Positions 10,350-20,620 are shown, counted from the stretch's first letter. The stretch is 64,000 bases of DNA from Bdellovibrionota bacterium (GCA_044345405.1 JBIJBE010000012.1:20918-84917); one strand, 5' to 3'. Notes: generated from the sequence alone by a model not told the origin. Translations and numbers: made by a program.

Positions 10350-11324
10350 ATGGAGCAGAAGATGAAATACCACCCCCACGGGAGCGTTTTGTTTTGCACG
10401 TTTAGCCTCGAGGAAGGATTGCTACTTTTAGCTAATCCGTTGTGTCAGGCGATTGTGAAAAGCTGCCTTGCTGCAGCATGCGCACTCTACCCGGTTCGAG
10501 TCTGCCATATCATTGTGGAGGCTACGCACATCCATCTAGTGCTAGTGGTCATAGACCCCGACCACGTAGAGGCATTCTTTCGACATTTCAAAACCGAGTC
10601 AGCTCACATGATTAACCGACTCCTAGGACGAAATAAACGGACCCTATGGTGTGAGGGGTACGACAGTCCGGTCGTTCTCACCCCTACAAGAGCTTTGATA
10701 GCGATAGCGTACCTCTATGCAAATCCAGCCAAGGATAACTTGGAAACCTCCATCGAAAGGTACCCGGGGTTCTCCTCATGGAGGATGTTTCAATCAGGCA
10801 AGCTTACCCGGCAATGGAAGCGGCTCAGGCGTCCCCAGTTCACCGCTCTCACACGAGATGCCAACAACCTACGAGGATATACAAAGCTCGCTGGAGAGAT
10901 CTTAGCTGCCTCAGATGAGATGCAGACGTTTACCCTTGAGCCGAACGCGTGGATGGAAGCCTTTGGCTATCAGTCACCGGAAGAACAACGGAAAATCAAC
11001 GAGCAGTTAGTCGCACATATCAGGTTGCTCGAGGAGCGCGCTGAGAGGAAGAGAACGCAGGAGAAAAAGCGCGTATTCGGAAGAGAGCGCCTTATTGCGC
11101 AGGTGTTTGATACTACCCACCGCCCCCGACGCAAGGGGCGTCGAATGTGGTGCCTCTCAGAGAAGCGCAGTGTGCGTGTCGAATTCATTATATATTTCAA
11201 AGCGCTCATGCAGAAGGCGAGAGCAGTTCGCAAGCGGTGGAAGCTAGGGGATGTTACGGTTCCGTATCCTCCTGGGTTGTATCCACCCTCTATGCCGAAG
11301 CTGGCCAACGTGCTTGCACGCTAG
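10350..11324 (+). CDS. REP-associated tyrosine transposase (RAYT/TnpA-REP, Y1 HUH family), long form
   Basis: HUH motif THIHLVL, LW.EGY.S segment, catalytic Tyr context AYLYANPAK..L, and YPGFSS; C-terminal extension ending VPYPPGLY; flanked by repeats. Confidence 0.85.
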   Translation: MEQKMKYHPHGSVLFCTFSLEEGLLLLANPLCQAIVKSCLAAACALYPVRVCHIIVEATHIHLVLVVIDPDHVEAFFRHFKTESAHMINRLLGRNKRTLWCEGYDSPVVLTPTRALIAIAYLYANPAKDNLETSIERYPGFSSWRMFQSGKLTRQWKRLRRPQFTALTRDANNLRGYTKLAGEILAASDEMQTFTLEPNAWMEAFGYQSPEEQRKINEQLVAHIRLLEERAERKRTQEKKRVFGRERLIAQVFDTTHRPRRKGRRMWCLSEKRSVRVEFIIYFKALMQKARAVRKRWKLGDVTVPYPPGLYPPSMPKLANVLAR

Positions 11325-11380
11325 GCTCTCTATCTACCAGATTTTTGCGATCTCCGGTTCGCGGAGCATTCGTGTATCTA

Positions 11381-11747
11381 AAAACCAAATTCAGACGCTC
11401 GCATTTGTCATGAGCACCCTGTCGCCGGATTGATTTGTAGCCGATTATTCTAGGCGACCTTTCACCCGATCGTCTCTTAGCCCGGGTAAAGAGAGAAAAG
11501 ACCCATTCCAGGCGCTCGCATTGTCATGAACACCTTGTCGCCGGATTGATTTGTAGCCGGTTATTCTAGGCGACCTTTCACCCGATCGTCTCTTAGCCCG
11601 GGTAAAGAGAGAAAAGAGAGAAAACCAAATTCAGACGCTCGCATTTGTCATGAGCACCCTGTCGCCGGATTGATTTGTAGCCGATTATTCTAGGCGACCT
11701 TTCACCCGATCGTCTCTTAGCCCGGGTAAAGAGAGAAAGAGAGAAAA
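11381..11747. repeat. Three tandem ~120-bp structured repeats downstream of the RAYT gene
   Basis: Copies start at about 11381, 11501 and 11621. Copies 1 and 3 are essentially identical and exactly 240 bp apart; copy 2 is slightly diverged. Confidence 0.95.
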
Positions 11748-11896
11748 CGCCTCTCGATGGTATTCAAAAAACCAGCTCATGAATGATGAAATGTCACGCC
11801 TCTATGAACCCTAATCATATCCCCTAAAGAATAGGTGGCACCTTTTGGACGTGAACTCGCCACCACCACTCGACGTACGATAAGGAAGGAGTTTCC

Positions 11897-12229
11897 ATGG
11901 GGGGAGCTATATCAAATTCAGTGCATCTGTTGAATTCACTGGCTCTTGTGACAGCCGTGCTTGGGGATGAGAGGTCGGTCGTTAGATCAGTAGAGGGGCA
12001 GAGCTTCCATTTGAGTTGTTTGCCTCCTTCCTTTGGTGGTGGCTACCTTCTCAGCAGCTTTCCTGATACGCAAGGGCACACCATAAGCTTTGAGATCGCG
12101 CCTGATGGAGTTATGAGAGGGTCTTCGGCAACAGTGGAGTACAAAGGACTTACAAGCGAAGAGGCCAAGCCTACCGAGCCCCAGATGCTCGCAATCTTAC
12201 GCGCCATGCAGGATACCCGTCGTCCCTAG
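11897..12229 (+). CDS. Hypothetical protein (110 aa)
   Basis: ATG preceded by a strong RBS (AAGGAAGGAG); no recognisable motif. Confidence 0.55.
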   Translation: MGGAISNSVHLLNSLALVTAVLGDERSVVRSVEGQSFHLSCLPPSFGGGYLLSSFPDTQGHTISFEIAPDGVMRGSSATVEYKGLTSEEAKPTEPQMLAILRAMQDTRRP

Positions 12230-12306
12230 TGAAAAGGGAGCTAAAAGGGGACGCTTCCCTTTTTCCAAGTGCCATGTACCAAGGGGGCAGGTGCGAAGCC
12301 CATCCA

Positions 12307-12423
12307 CTAGTACCCTGTTCCTTCATTCAAACTTAATGAAACGTTACTACCTGCGGAGTAAAGCTCGGAAAATCAGATAATCAGCAAGTAGTTACAAGGT
12401 TAGTTCAAGGTACAGGGTACCAG
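12307..12423. mobile_element. MITE/REPIN-like element, copy 1 (17-bp terminal inverted repeats)
   Basis: Left CTAGTACCCTGTTCCTT, right AAGGTACAGGGTACCAG; internal sequence homologous to copy 2. Confidence 0.7.
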
Positions 12424-12496
12424 CGATATACCAGCGATATGGCCGGCCGAAGCGTAGCGGCGGTCCGCGCCCACGCACTGGTTACTACCAGAGAGT

Positions 12497-12745
12497 TTAG
12501 GATGGGGAACCGCTCTCCAGGTAATAGACCATCCTTTCCAATGGTTCTAGGTTTCCGCCTTGGACAAGGCTAGCCGGGCTTTTGCCTTGGAATCGTTCGT
12601 TGTCTCGAAAGAACCAGTCTTTAATCCCGCTTGCACTAACACAATCGGCGATCCTTAAATAAAGATTGGGGTCGGCATAGACTCCAAGCTCTAGATACCA
12701 TCTCGGAACTTGTTCTTGAGGCCGGCTCTGAGCAGTTGGCTCCAT
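12497..12745 (-). CDS. Small protein resembling the MbcA/ParS/Xre antitoxin C-terminal domain (DUF2384)
   Basis: RBS AGGAGG; WFFRDNERFQGKSPASLVQGGNLEPLERMVYYLESG fits the W...N..L.G..P..L...G.......L...E.G pattern. Confidence 0.65.
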   Translation of the reverse strand: MEPTAQSRPQEQVPRWYLELGVYADPNLYLRIADCVSASGIKDWFFRDNERFQGKSPASLVQGGNLEPLERMVYYLESGSPS

Positions 12746-12819
12746 ATTCCTCCTATATCAATTTTGAAGGTCACCTTCATCACAAGCTCCTATCCATCCA
12801 CTGGTACCCTGCCCATCCA

Positions 12820-12925
12820 CTGGTACCCTGCACCTTCATTCAAACTTAATCAGATGTTTATACATGCAGAGTAACGCTCGGAAAATCAAATAATCAGCCA
12901 GTAGTGACAAGGTACAGGGTACCAG
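12820..12925. mobile_element. MITE/REPIN-like element, copy 2
   Basis: Left CTGGTACCCTGCACCTT, right AAGGTACAGGGTACCAG (16/17 complementary); partial duplicate of the left end at 12794-12812. Confidence 0.7.
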
Positions 12926-13051
12926 CGATATCCATTCACGAGCGAAGCAAGTGAAAGAACCCTGCAGCGAAAGCACCAATTGTGTTGGGGTGAACCCCCG
13001 ATCAGGGGGAGAGGGGCGAAGCCCCTGGACGCAAGCGTCGAGCGGGAAATA

Positions 13052-13127
13052 TGGTGGGCGCTGCAGGGATCGAACCTACGACATTCAGCTTGTAAGGCTG
13101 ACGCTCTACCAACTGAGCTAAGCGCCC
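13052..13127 (-). tRNA. tRNA-Val (anticodon TAC)
   Basis: GGGCGCTTAGCTCAGTTGGTAGAGCG-TCAGC-CT-TAC-AA-GCTGA...GGTTCGATCC...AGCGCCCACCA; 76 nt with encoded CCA. Confidence 0.97.
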
Positions 13128-13310
13128 GCTTTGATGACAGAAAGGGAACCTTTCCGTCGCGAGAGTGGGGAGATTACCGATCCAGGATTACAAAGTCAAC
13201 TGTGGCAGCTCATGAATAACACCACAAATGTTAGGCACTTATGGAAAATTAGCCCCATCGCCGGATGGCACAATACCACCGTACCGGTGAGAGGGGCGAT
13301 TATGGAATTG

Positions 13311-13361
13311 AACAAAGAGAAAGGCCCCGAAGACTCCCCTTTCAGGAGCCTCCAGGGCCTT
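13311..13361 (-). terminator. Intrinsic terminator after lon
   Basis: Long imperfect hairpin AAGGCCC...GGGCCTT followed by TTTCTCTTTGTT on the minus strand. Confidence 0.7.
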
Positions 13362-13383
13362 ATCTCTTGAGGAACGGCACCTC

Positions 13384-15846
13384 TTAGTGAGCTACGATGC
13401 TCGCGCTTTGACCTTTCTCATCGCGCTGCTCGCGGTCACCTTGCTCATCCTTCTTCTTCTCATCAGCGAAGAGAAGCTCATGACGAGCGGCGTTGGAAGC
13501 CAAGAGAGACGCGAAATCCTCAGGTCTGCGGCAACGAAGCGCCTCATACAGCACCTCATCAACGTGAGATACTGGGATGAGTTCAAGCTCGTTACGAACA
13601 GTCGCTGGGATCTCTTCGATGTCGTTCTCGTTCTCCTTCGGCAAGAGTACGCGTCGGATACCACCACGGTGCGCGGCGAGCGCCTTCTCTTTAAGTCCTC
13701 CGATAGGAAGTACGTTTCCACGAAGGGTGATCTCACCGGTCATCGCGATGTGCTTATCGATCGGAATTCCCGTAAGAGCTGACACGATCGAGGTAGCCAT
13801 CGTTATACCAGCGGATGGACCGTCCTTCGGAATCGCTCCCTCTGGAACGTGCACGTGGATATCTACCTTATCGTAGAAGTACCTCGGCAATCCGAACACC
13901 GACGCGCGTGAGCGAACGTAGCTGAGAGCGGCTCGCGCTGACTCCTGCATCACGTCACCAAGCTTACCGGTGATTTGGAGACGTCCACGACCTGGAAGAA
14001 CGGTTGTCTCGATTACGAGAAGCTCTCCGCCCTTGTCAGTCCACGCCAATCCAGTTGAGAGTCCAACCTGGTCGAGGTCCTCTGATTTTCCGAAGCGAAA
14101 CTTCGGCTGTCCAAGGAACTTCGGAAGGTTCTGCGCGTTGATCTCAACAACGGTGTCCATTCCGCGCTCTACAACCTCGATCGCCGCCTTACGAGCGAGC
14201 GTCGCGACCATTCGCTCAAGGTTACGAACTCCTGCCTCGCGGGTGTAACGATTGATGATGTCAGAGTATACCTGGTCATCAACCTTAACATTCGCGATGG
14301 TAAGCCCGTTTTCAGCGAGCTGCTTCTCAAGGAGATACTTCTTACAGATAGCGATCTTCTCAAGCTCGGTGTAACCCGAGAGACGGATGATCTCCATACG
14401 ATCCATCAACGGCTGAGGAATCGTGTGAAGTGAGTTCGCGGTCGTGATGAACATTACCTTTGAGAGATCGTAATCAGCGTCAAGGTAGTGGTCATTGAAC
14501 GAGTCGTTTTGCTCAGGGTCCAGAACCTCAAGGAGCGCCGATGACGGGTCACCTCGGAAGTCAGTCGACATCTTATCGATCTCGTCGAGAAGGAACACAG
14601 GGTTGCTGGTTCCAGCCTTCTTCAAGGATTGGATAACCTTTCCTGGAAGCGCTCCGATGTAGGTACGTCGATGACCACGGATCTCAGCCTCATCACGAAC
14701 TCCTCCAAGGGCGGCGCGAACGAACTTACGTCCAGTGGACTTCGCGATCGATTTACCGAGCGAGGTCTTACCTACTCCCGGAGGTCCGACGAGGCACAAG
14801 ATCGGCCCACGGATCTTACCAACGAGCTTCTGAACGGCGAGGTACTCAAGGATACGCTCCTTGACCTTCTCAAGGCCGTAGTGGTCCTCGTCGAGGACCT
14901 CACGCGCCTTCTCCATGTCGATCTCCTCCTTCGAGGTTTCGTTCCATGGAAGCGAGAGCATCCAGTCAACGTAGTTACGAACAACCGTAGCCTCTGCTGA
15001 CATTGGGGACATCATCTTGAGCTTGCGAATCTCCTTCTCGGTCTTCTCACGAGCCTCTTCAGGCATGTCCTTAGATTTGAACTTGTCCTCAAGCTCTTGG
15101 ATCTCGTTACGGAAGTCGTCCTTCTCACCAAGCTCTTTCTGGATCGCTCGCATCTGCTCGTTGAGGTAGTACTCCTTCTGCGTCTTCTCCATCTGCTTCT
15201 TAACGCGACTTCGAATACGCTTCTCAACTTGAAGGATCTCGATCTCAGACTTCATGTGTCCAAGGATCTTCTCAAGACGCTCCTGAGGCTCGATGCACTC
15301 AAGGATCTCCTGCTTATCTTCAAGCTTGATATTGAGCTGGACGACTATGGCGTCAGCTAGGCGAGAAGGATCCTCGATCGCGTTCACCTGCATAATCGTC
15401 TCTGGATTAACCTTCTTCCCGAGCTTCACGTAGTTCTCGAAGGTCACGTTCACAGAACGCATGAGAGCTTTAAGCTCAGTCGAAACGTCAGTGGAAATCG
15501 TGATCTCTTCAACGTCAACGAGCATGAAGTCATCCTCTCGCACGAACTTCTTAATTCGAGCGCGAGCCTTACCTTCAACAAGAACTTTGATCGGTCCATC
15601 GGCGAGTCTGATCAGCTGAACTACCTCGCCAAGTGTTCCGATGTTGTAGATATCTTTTGGTCCAGGATTGCTTGTGCGCGCGTCTTTCTGCGCGGCGAGG
15701 AGGATATACTTGCCCTCTCTCTGAGACTCTTCGATTGCGCGCACACTCTTCTCGCGACCCACGAAGAGCGGAACCACCTGCTGTGGGAACACAACAAGCT
15801 CGCGGAGCGGAAGAAGCGGGATTGGATTGTTAAGTGGTGATTTCAT
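13384..15846 (-). CDS. lon: ATP-dependent protease La (Lon)
   Basis: LON N-domain [10 protein letters not shown], Walker [19 protein letters not shown], catalytic PKDGPSAG and IGGLKEK. Confidence 0.99.
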   Translation of the reverse strand: MKSPLNNPIPLLPLRELVVFPQQVVPLFVGREKSVRAIEESQREGKYILLAAQKDARTSNPGPKDIYNIGTLGEVVQLIRLADGPIKVLVEGKARARIKKFVREDDFMLVDVEEITISTDVSTELKALMRSVNVTFENYVKLGKKVNPETIMQVNAIEDPSRLADAIVVQLNIKLEDKQEILECIEPQERLEKILGHMKSEIEILQVEKRIRSRVKKQMEKTQKEYYLNEQMRAIQKELGEKDDFRNEIQELEDKFKSKDMPEEAREKTEKEIRKLKMMSPMSAEATVVRNYVDWMLSLPWNETSKEEIDMEKAREVLDEDHYGLEKVKERILEYLAVQKLVGKIRGPILCLVGPPGVGKTSLGKSIAKSTGRKFVRAALGGVRDEAEIRGHRRTYIGALPGKVIQSLKKAGTSNPVFLLDEIDKMSTDFRGDPSSALLEVLDPEQNDSFNDHYLDADYDLSKVMFITTANSLHTIPQPLMDRMEIIRLSGYTELEKIAICKKYLLEKQLAENGLTIANVKVDDQVYSDIINRYTREAGVRNLERMVATLARKAAIEVVERGMDTVVEINAQNLPKFLGQPKFRFGKSEDLDQVGLSTGLAWTDKGGELLVIETTVLPGRGRLQITGKLGDVMQESARAALSYVRSRASVFGLPRYFYDKVDIHVHVPEGAIPKDGPSAGITMATSIVSALTGIPIDKHIAMTGEITLRGNVLPIGGLKEKALAAHRGGIRRVLLPKENENDIEEIPATVRNELELIPVSHVDEVLYEALRCRRPEDFASLLASNAARHELLFADEKKKDEQGDREQRDEKGQSASIVAH

Positions 15847-16310
15847 CGTTTTCTCAGATGCCTATTGGCTTTGGCTTTCCCTTCCCTTCCCTCGCAGACC
15901 GCGGGATGAGTCGGGATAAACCCGTTGATTTAACTACTAGTAACCTACAACTCACGAGCCGGCCTGGATTCCAGACTGGATCGAGTTCGGCGCATGACCG
16001 GCGTTGGTCCCTCGCTCTCCCGATGGCCCAACAGCGGCTGACCAAACAGTCACATCCCGTTTGGAACGGACCGAAGAGCCCGTAACCCTATGAGACTGAC
16101 TAGAGAATCTCAGCGCCTATGAATAAGATGCTAGTCGACGCCTAGAAAAATCACAATAATGAAGCGGTAGTAGAAAGATTCTTTCTCCCGGTGAGGCTGG
16201 CATTTTCTCGATCAGCCAGGCAAGCGAACTCAACGTATGGGAAAGCTCAAAAAACTTAGATTTTTGACCGATTTTTCGGCGTGTCGCACCCTGTCGAAAA
16301 ACAGCTCGCG

Positions 16311-16341
16311 AAAAAACAAAACGGCTTTTGAAAGCCGTTTC
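16311..16341 (-). terminator. Intrinsic terminator after clpX
   Basis: AAACGGCTTT-CA-AAAGCCGTTT hairpin followed by TGTTTTTT on the minus strand. Confidence 0.7.
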
Positions 16342-16392
16342 ATGGTTCCTTATACTCTATCTCCCCAACCGATCTGAGGGGGCATTTCGGGC

Positions 16393-17652
16393 TTACGCTG
16401 ATTCGGCGTGCTGATACACGATGAGGGGTTTCTCACCCTTCGTTACCGTATCCTCGGAAACGATAACCTCTTTGATATCCGGCTCGGATGGAACCTCGTA
16501 CATCACCTCAAGCATGATGGACTCAAGGATCGCTCGAAGTCCACGGGCTCCCGCTTTTCGCTCGATCGCCTGCTTGGCGACGGCAAGAAGAGCACCTTCG
16601 GTGAAACGCAACTGAACATTCTCCATCTCGAAGAGCTTCTTGTACTGCTTCGTAAGCGCGTTCTTCGGATCCACGAGGATCTTAATAAGCGCGCTCTCAT
16701 CGAGGTCGTTCAACACCGCAATCATGGGGAGACGTCCGATGAATTCTGGAATGAGTCCGAACTTGAGAAGATCCTCAGGTTGCACCTGCGCGAGGAGCGA
16801 CGCTGCCTCTTTCTCCTTCGAAATCTTCTGGGTCTTTACGTGAGCGCCGAAGCCAAGCTTCTTTTCGCCAACGCGACGACGGATGATATCCTCAAGTCCA
16901 ACGAAGGCTCCTCCCACGATGAAGAGGATGTTGCTCGTATCAACCTGCAGAAACTCTTGTTGAGGGTGCTTACGACCACCCTTTGGAGGCACGCTCGCCA
17001 CCGTTCCCTCAAGCATTTTGAGGAGAGCCTGCTGAACACCTTCACCGGAAACATCGCGCGTGATCGATGGGTTCTCAGCCTTCCGCGAGATCTTGTCGAT
17101 CTCGTCGATGTACACGATCCCTCGTTGAGCCTTCTCAACGTCGTAGTCCGCGTTCTGAAGAAGATTGAGGATGATGTTCTCAACGTCCTCTCCAACGTAC
17201 CCAGCCTCGGTAAGAGTGGTCGCGTCGGTGATCGTGAACGGAACTTGAAGGATCCGAGCTAGGGTCTGCGCCAAGAGCGTCTTACCCGTACCAGTTGGTC
17301 CGATCAAAAGGATGTTAGACTTCGCGATCTCAACATCGCTCTGGGAGCCCTTAATTTCAAGGCGTTTATAGTGGTTGTGTACCGCTACCGAGAGAGCGCG
17401 CTTGGCGAAATCCTGACCTACAACATACTGATCAAGGAACGCCTTGATGTCCTTGGGCTTCGGAACCTTGGACTGCGCCGGAAGAACGCTCTCGGTCTCA
17501 ACCTCCTCCGCGATGATGTCATTGCAGAGGTCGATACACTCGTCACAGATATAGACTGACGGACCAGCTATGAGCTTACGAACCTCTTCCTGCGAACGAC
17601 TGCAGAAAGAACACACGAGGGTATGTCGTCCTTTGTCTCCCGACTTGCTCAT
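16393..17652 (-). CDS. clpX: ATP-dependent Clp protease ATP-binding subunit ClpX
   Basis: Zn finger CSFC...[37 protein letters not shown] and LGF loop. Confidence 0.99.
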   Translation of the reverse strand: MSKSGDKGRHTLVCSFCSRSQEEVRKLIAGPSVYICDECIDLCNDIIAEEVETESVLPAQSKVPKPKDIKAFLDQYVVGQDFAKRALSVAVHNHYKRLEIKGSQSDVEIAKSNILLIGPTGTGKTLLAQTLARILQVPFTITDATTLTEAGYVGEDVENIILNLLQNADYDVEKAQRGIVYIDEIDKISRKAENPSITRDVSGEGVQQALLKMLEGTVASVPPKGGRKHPQQEFLQVDTSNILFIVGGAFVGLEDIIRRRVGEKKLGFGAHVKTQKISKEKEAASLLAQVQPEDLLKFGLIPEFIGRLPMIAVLNDLDESALIKILVDPKNALTKQYKKLFEMENVQLRFTEGALLAVAKQAIERKAGARGLRAILESIMLEVMYEVPSEPDIKEVIVSEDTVTKGEKPLIVYQHAESA

Positions 17653-17672
17653 CCGTCATCCTCCTTGAGGGG

Positions 17673-18275
17673 TTAGTCTTTCTTCGCCTCAACAACGCGT
17701 CGCTCGAACACATCATCGATAAGTCCGTACTCCTTCGCCTGCATCGAGGTCATAAAGAAGTCGCGGTCACTATCCTCCGATACCTGTTTAACGGGCTTAT
17801 TGCAGTGGCGCGCCAGAAGCTCTGTGAGCTCTTGCTTGATGCGCAACATCTCCTTAGCGTGGATCTCAACGTCAGAAGCCTGACCACTAAAACCACCAAG
17901 AGGTTGGTGAATCATGATTCGAGAATGTGGGAGAGCCGCGCGCTTGCCCTTTGCTCCACCGGCAAGAAGAACAGCGCCCATGCTGGCTGCCTGTCCAACA
18001 CATACGGTAGCCACATCTGGACGGATGTACTGCATCGTATCGTAGATCGCCATGCCAGCGGTGACGACACCACCTGGGCTGTTGATGTAGAGGAAGATGT
18101 CCTTCTCTGGGTCCTCGCTCTCAAGGTGGAGAAGTTGCGCGATAATGAGGTTAGCGACCATGTCGTTCACCTCGGTACCAAGGAAGATAATTCGCTCTTT
18201 GAGAAGGCGGCTGTAGATATCGTAGGAGCGCTCGCCCCGCCCTGTCTGTTCAATTACGAATGGAATATACGCCAT
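17673..18275 (-). CDS. clpP: ATP-dependent Clp protease proteolytic subunit ClpP
   Basis: [40 protein letters not shown] and MIHQP; start reassigned to ATG 18275. Confidence 0.99.
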   Translation of the reverse strand: MAYIPFVIEQTGRGERSYDIYSRLLKERIIFLGTEVNDMVANLIIAQLLHLESEDPEKDIFLYINSPGGVVTAGMAIYDTMQYIRPDVATVCVGQAASMGAVLLAGGAKGKRAALPHSRIMIHQPLGGFSGQASDVEIHAKEMLRIKQELTELLARHCNKPVKQVSEDSDRDFFMTSMQAKEYGLIDDVFERRVVEAKKD

Positions 18276-18468
18276 GGAAGAAAACCCTTGAGATTGCGGC
18301 TTACTAGACGATGGGGAACTTAGCACGGGGCGACACCGGTAAAAAGACCTAAGTGTCCCTTCACCCAGCAAAAACCACCCCTCGCCACAACTTGGTTAGT
18401 TGAGAGAGTTATACACAATTAAAAATCGGAGGTAGCACGAAATGTGAGAAACGCGGGGAGAATCTGAA

Positions 18469-18492
18469 GGCTGGCGGAGTTCTCCGCCAGCC
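18469..18492. terminator. GC-rich hairpin immediately after tig (terminator or mRNA stabiliser)
   Basis: GGCTGGCGGA-GTTC-TCCGCCAGCC perfect 10-bp stem; weak U-tract. Confidence 0.5.
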
Positions 18493-18506
18493 CGGAGAGG
18501 GACGGC

Positions 18507-19838
18507 TTACTTAGCCTTCTTTCCCTTCTTCTCAGCCTTCTCACCTTGCTCGGCGTTGGCAGCGTCCACGTACTGAACGGTTGTCTTCGCCATCAGGTGC
18601 TCGAGGATCTTGGTGCGTCGAACCTCAAGCAAGAACGACATGATCCGGCTCTTGTCGAGCAACGCCTTGCGAGTCGCCTCTACAGTGGATCCGTTCTGTT
18701 CAGCTATCCGCTGTATCATCTTGTCGCGATCAGCCTCTTCAACTTTAATCTCCTCAGTCGAACCGACACGGTCGATGATGATAGCGCAACGAATGCGGTT
18801 GAGGGCAAACTCCTCGAACTGCGCGCGGAATGGGGTAATATCGATGGTCGATGGATCAACGTCACGACCGGAGAACCCGTATCGAGCCACAATTCCACGA
18901 ATCTCCTCATCAACAAGAACCTGGGGAACCTTGAAAGGGTTCTCCTTCACAAGGAGGTCAAGGAGAGCGCCCTGGGCCTCATTCTTCACATCCTCATCAG
19001 CCTGCTTGGTGAGCTGCTCTTGAATCTTGCCCTTAAGAGCATCAACCGTCTCAACATCAAGACCCAAGGTCTTCACGAGCTCGTCCGTAAGCTCAGGCAT
19101 ATTCTTGGTGAAGATGCCGTGGAGGGTAACCTTGTACACAAGGTTCTTTCCAGCCATCTCTGGATTAGCGTGCTCAGCTGGAGCAACCACAGAGATCTCC
19201 TTCGAATCGTTGACCGTCATGCCAGCGACCTGAGCCTCAACGTCAGCCGAGAGCTTTCCAGCTCCGAGCTCATCAACGAACGGCTCTGGGCGGGAGAACT
19301 CACCACCATCGGCCTGAATCGAAACTGAGAGAGCTACAACATCACCCTTCTCAGCGATCTTCCGATCCTCAATCGGCTTGAGCTCCGCTCGCGCCTCGCG
19401 CAAACGCTCAAGGGACTCAGCGATCTCCTTATCGCCAACGACTCGCTTCGTTACCTCAACTGAACGATTGAGATAGTTCCCGATCGTTGGTTGTGGATAA
19501 AGAGCGACCTTCGCGGTGAACTCAAGAGCCTTAGCTGGCTCCATCTCCTTGAGATCAACTTCTGGCTCGCCAACAACCTCAAGCTTGTGTTGCTCGAACG
19601 CGCCACGGAGGCCTTCATTGATCAATCGGTTCGCGACATCGTAACGAATGCGGTCGCCCATCAGACGCTCAACCATGTGCCGAGGAACCTTTCCTGGTCG
19701 GAATCCCTTAATCTGCGCGGTTTTACCAACACTCTTTACCGAGGTCTCGTACTCCTTAGCGACGCGCTCTTGAGGAACGGTCACAGAGATCTGCTTGGTT
19801 ACTTCATCGATATCTACAACTGACGACTGAAAATCCAT
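18507..19838 (-). CDS. tig: Trigger factor
   Basis: Ribosome-binding signature GFRPGKVP; 443 aa; canonical tig-clpP-clpX-lon order. Confidence 0.96.
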   Translation of the reverse strand: MDFQSSVVDIDEVTKQISVTVPQERVAKEYETSVKSVGKTAQIKGFRPGKVPRHMVERLMGDRIRYDVANRLINEGLRGAFEQHKLEVVGEPEVDLKEMEPAKALEFTAKVALYPQPTIGNYLNRSVEVTKRVVGDKEIAESLERLREARAELKPIEDRKIAEKGDVVALSVSIQADGGEFSRPEPFVDELGAGKLSADVEAQVAGMTVNDSKEISVVAPAEHANPEMAGKNLVYKVTLHGIFTKNMPELTDELVKTLGLDVETVDALKGKIQEQLTKQADEDVKNEAQGALLDLLVKENPFKVPQVLVDEEIRGIVARYGFSGRDVDPSTIDITPFRAQFEEFALNRIRCAIIIDRVGSTEEIKVEEADRDKMIQRIAEQNGSTVEATRKALLDKSRIMSFLLEVRRTKILEHLMAKTTVQYVDAANAEQGEKAEKKGKKAK

Positions 19839-20269
19839 CTTAACTCCGAATCTATGTGAACCGTGGCTCTGGGGGCTTGATGGTCACTTGCTGCGGCAAG
19901 GCACTCCCAACCAGACTCTACACGCTCATCTGCTTACTCTTACCCAGGTCATGTAACTCATCGCGGCCGCAGTAATTATTGCAACGAGGACCGCGATTAT
20001 ATATGCTCCCCGCGGGTTTATAAAGCCAACCGGGAAGGAAAAGGTGCCTCCAACAGGGCGCCTACATGGAGGGGTCGCCAGTTGGCGATTCCCGACATCT
20101 CGAAACGGTCTGGCTCGTTTTGCACGGTTCTAGGGAGAACGCCACGTAACCTACCCTAAACGTTATTAAAAAAATCGCAAGAACGTCGAAAGGCGCCTCG
20201 CTTAGGTACCTTCCCACGAAGCCAGCGCTTCGAGGAAGCTCTCCTCATCATCGAACAAAGTACCCTCAT

Positions 20270-20351
20270 GCGGGGGTGGTGGAATTGGCAGACACGCCAG
20301 ACTTAGGATCTGGTGCCGCAAGGTTTGGGGGTTCAAGTCCCCCCTCCCGCA
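20270..20351 (+). tRNA. tRNA-Leu (anticodon TAG)
   Basis: GCGGGGGTGGTGGAATTGGCAGACACG-CCAGA-CT-TAG-GA-TCTGG, long variable arm, GGTTCAAGTCC; CCA not encoded. Confidence 0.96.
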
Positions 20352-20378
20352 TACCTCTTTTCTGACTCAGCCTACTCT

Positions 20379-20620
20379 TCGGTTATCCAGGTATCGCTAT
20401 TCCCTCGTGAACGTGCACGTGCTCGTAAACGTGAACGCACCCGAAAGAGATGAACATCCGGCATCGATATCCCCATGCATGCAGACCACTAGACCCTATC
20501 GGTTATCCAGGTATCGCTGTTCCCTCGTGAACGTGCTCGTGCTCGTAAACGTGAACGCACCCACGAAAGAAATGAACATCCGGCTGGATATCCCCATGCA
20601 TGCAGACCACTAGACCCCAT
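20379..20620. repeat. Two tandem ~120-bp repeats downstream of tRNA-Leu
   Basis: TCGGTTATCCAGGTATCGCT... at 20379 and 20499, near-identical; each contains GTGAACGTGC(A/T)CGTGCTCGTAAACGTGAAC. Confidence 0.93.

Noticed and set aside
10116-11747. Repeat arrays flanking the transposase as CRISPR arrays
   Set aside because: Intervening sequences are repeated rather than unique, spacing is irregular or 120 bp, and there are no cas genes
9980-13127. Integrative element or prophage inserted at tRNA-Val
   Set aside because: No integrase and no duplicated tRNA 3' end (att site) found in the window
15900-16090. 6S RNA candidate between clpX and lon
   Set aside because: Could not trace the long rod with a central bubble; kept only as a weak structured-leader candidate
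13387-19823. Long antisense ORFs over lon, clpX, clpP and tig, and 5' extensions such as clpP to 18371
   Set aside because: Codon-bias shadows of highly expressed genes; the extensions precede the conserved N-termini
20407-20613. 68-aa VNVHV ORF
   Set aside because: Translation of non-coding hexamer and 120-bp repeats
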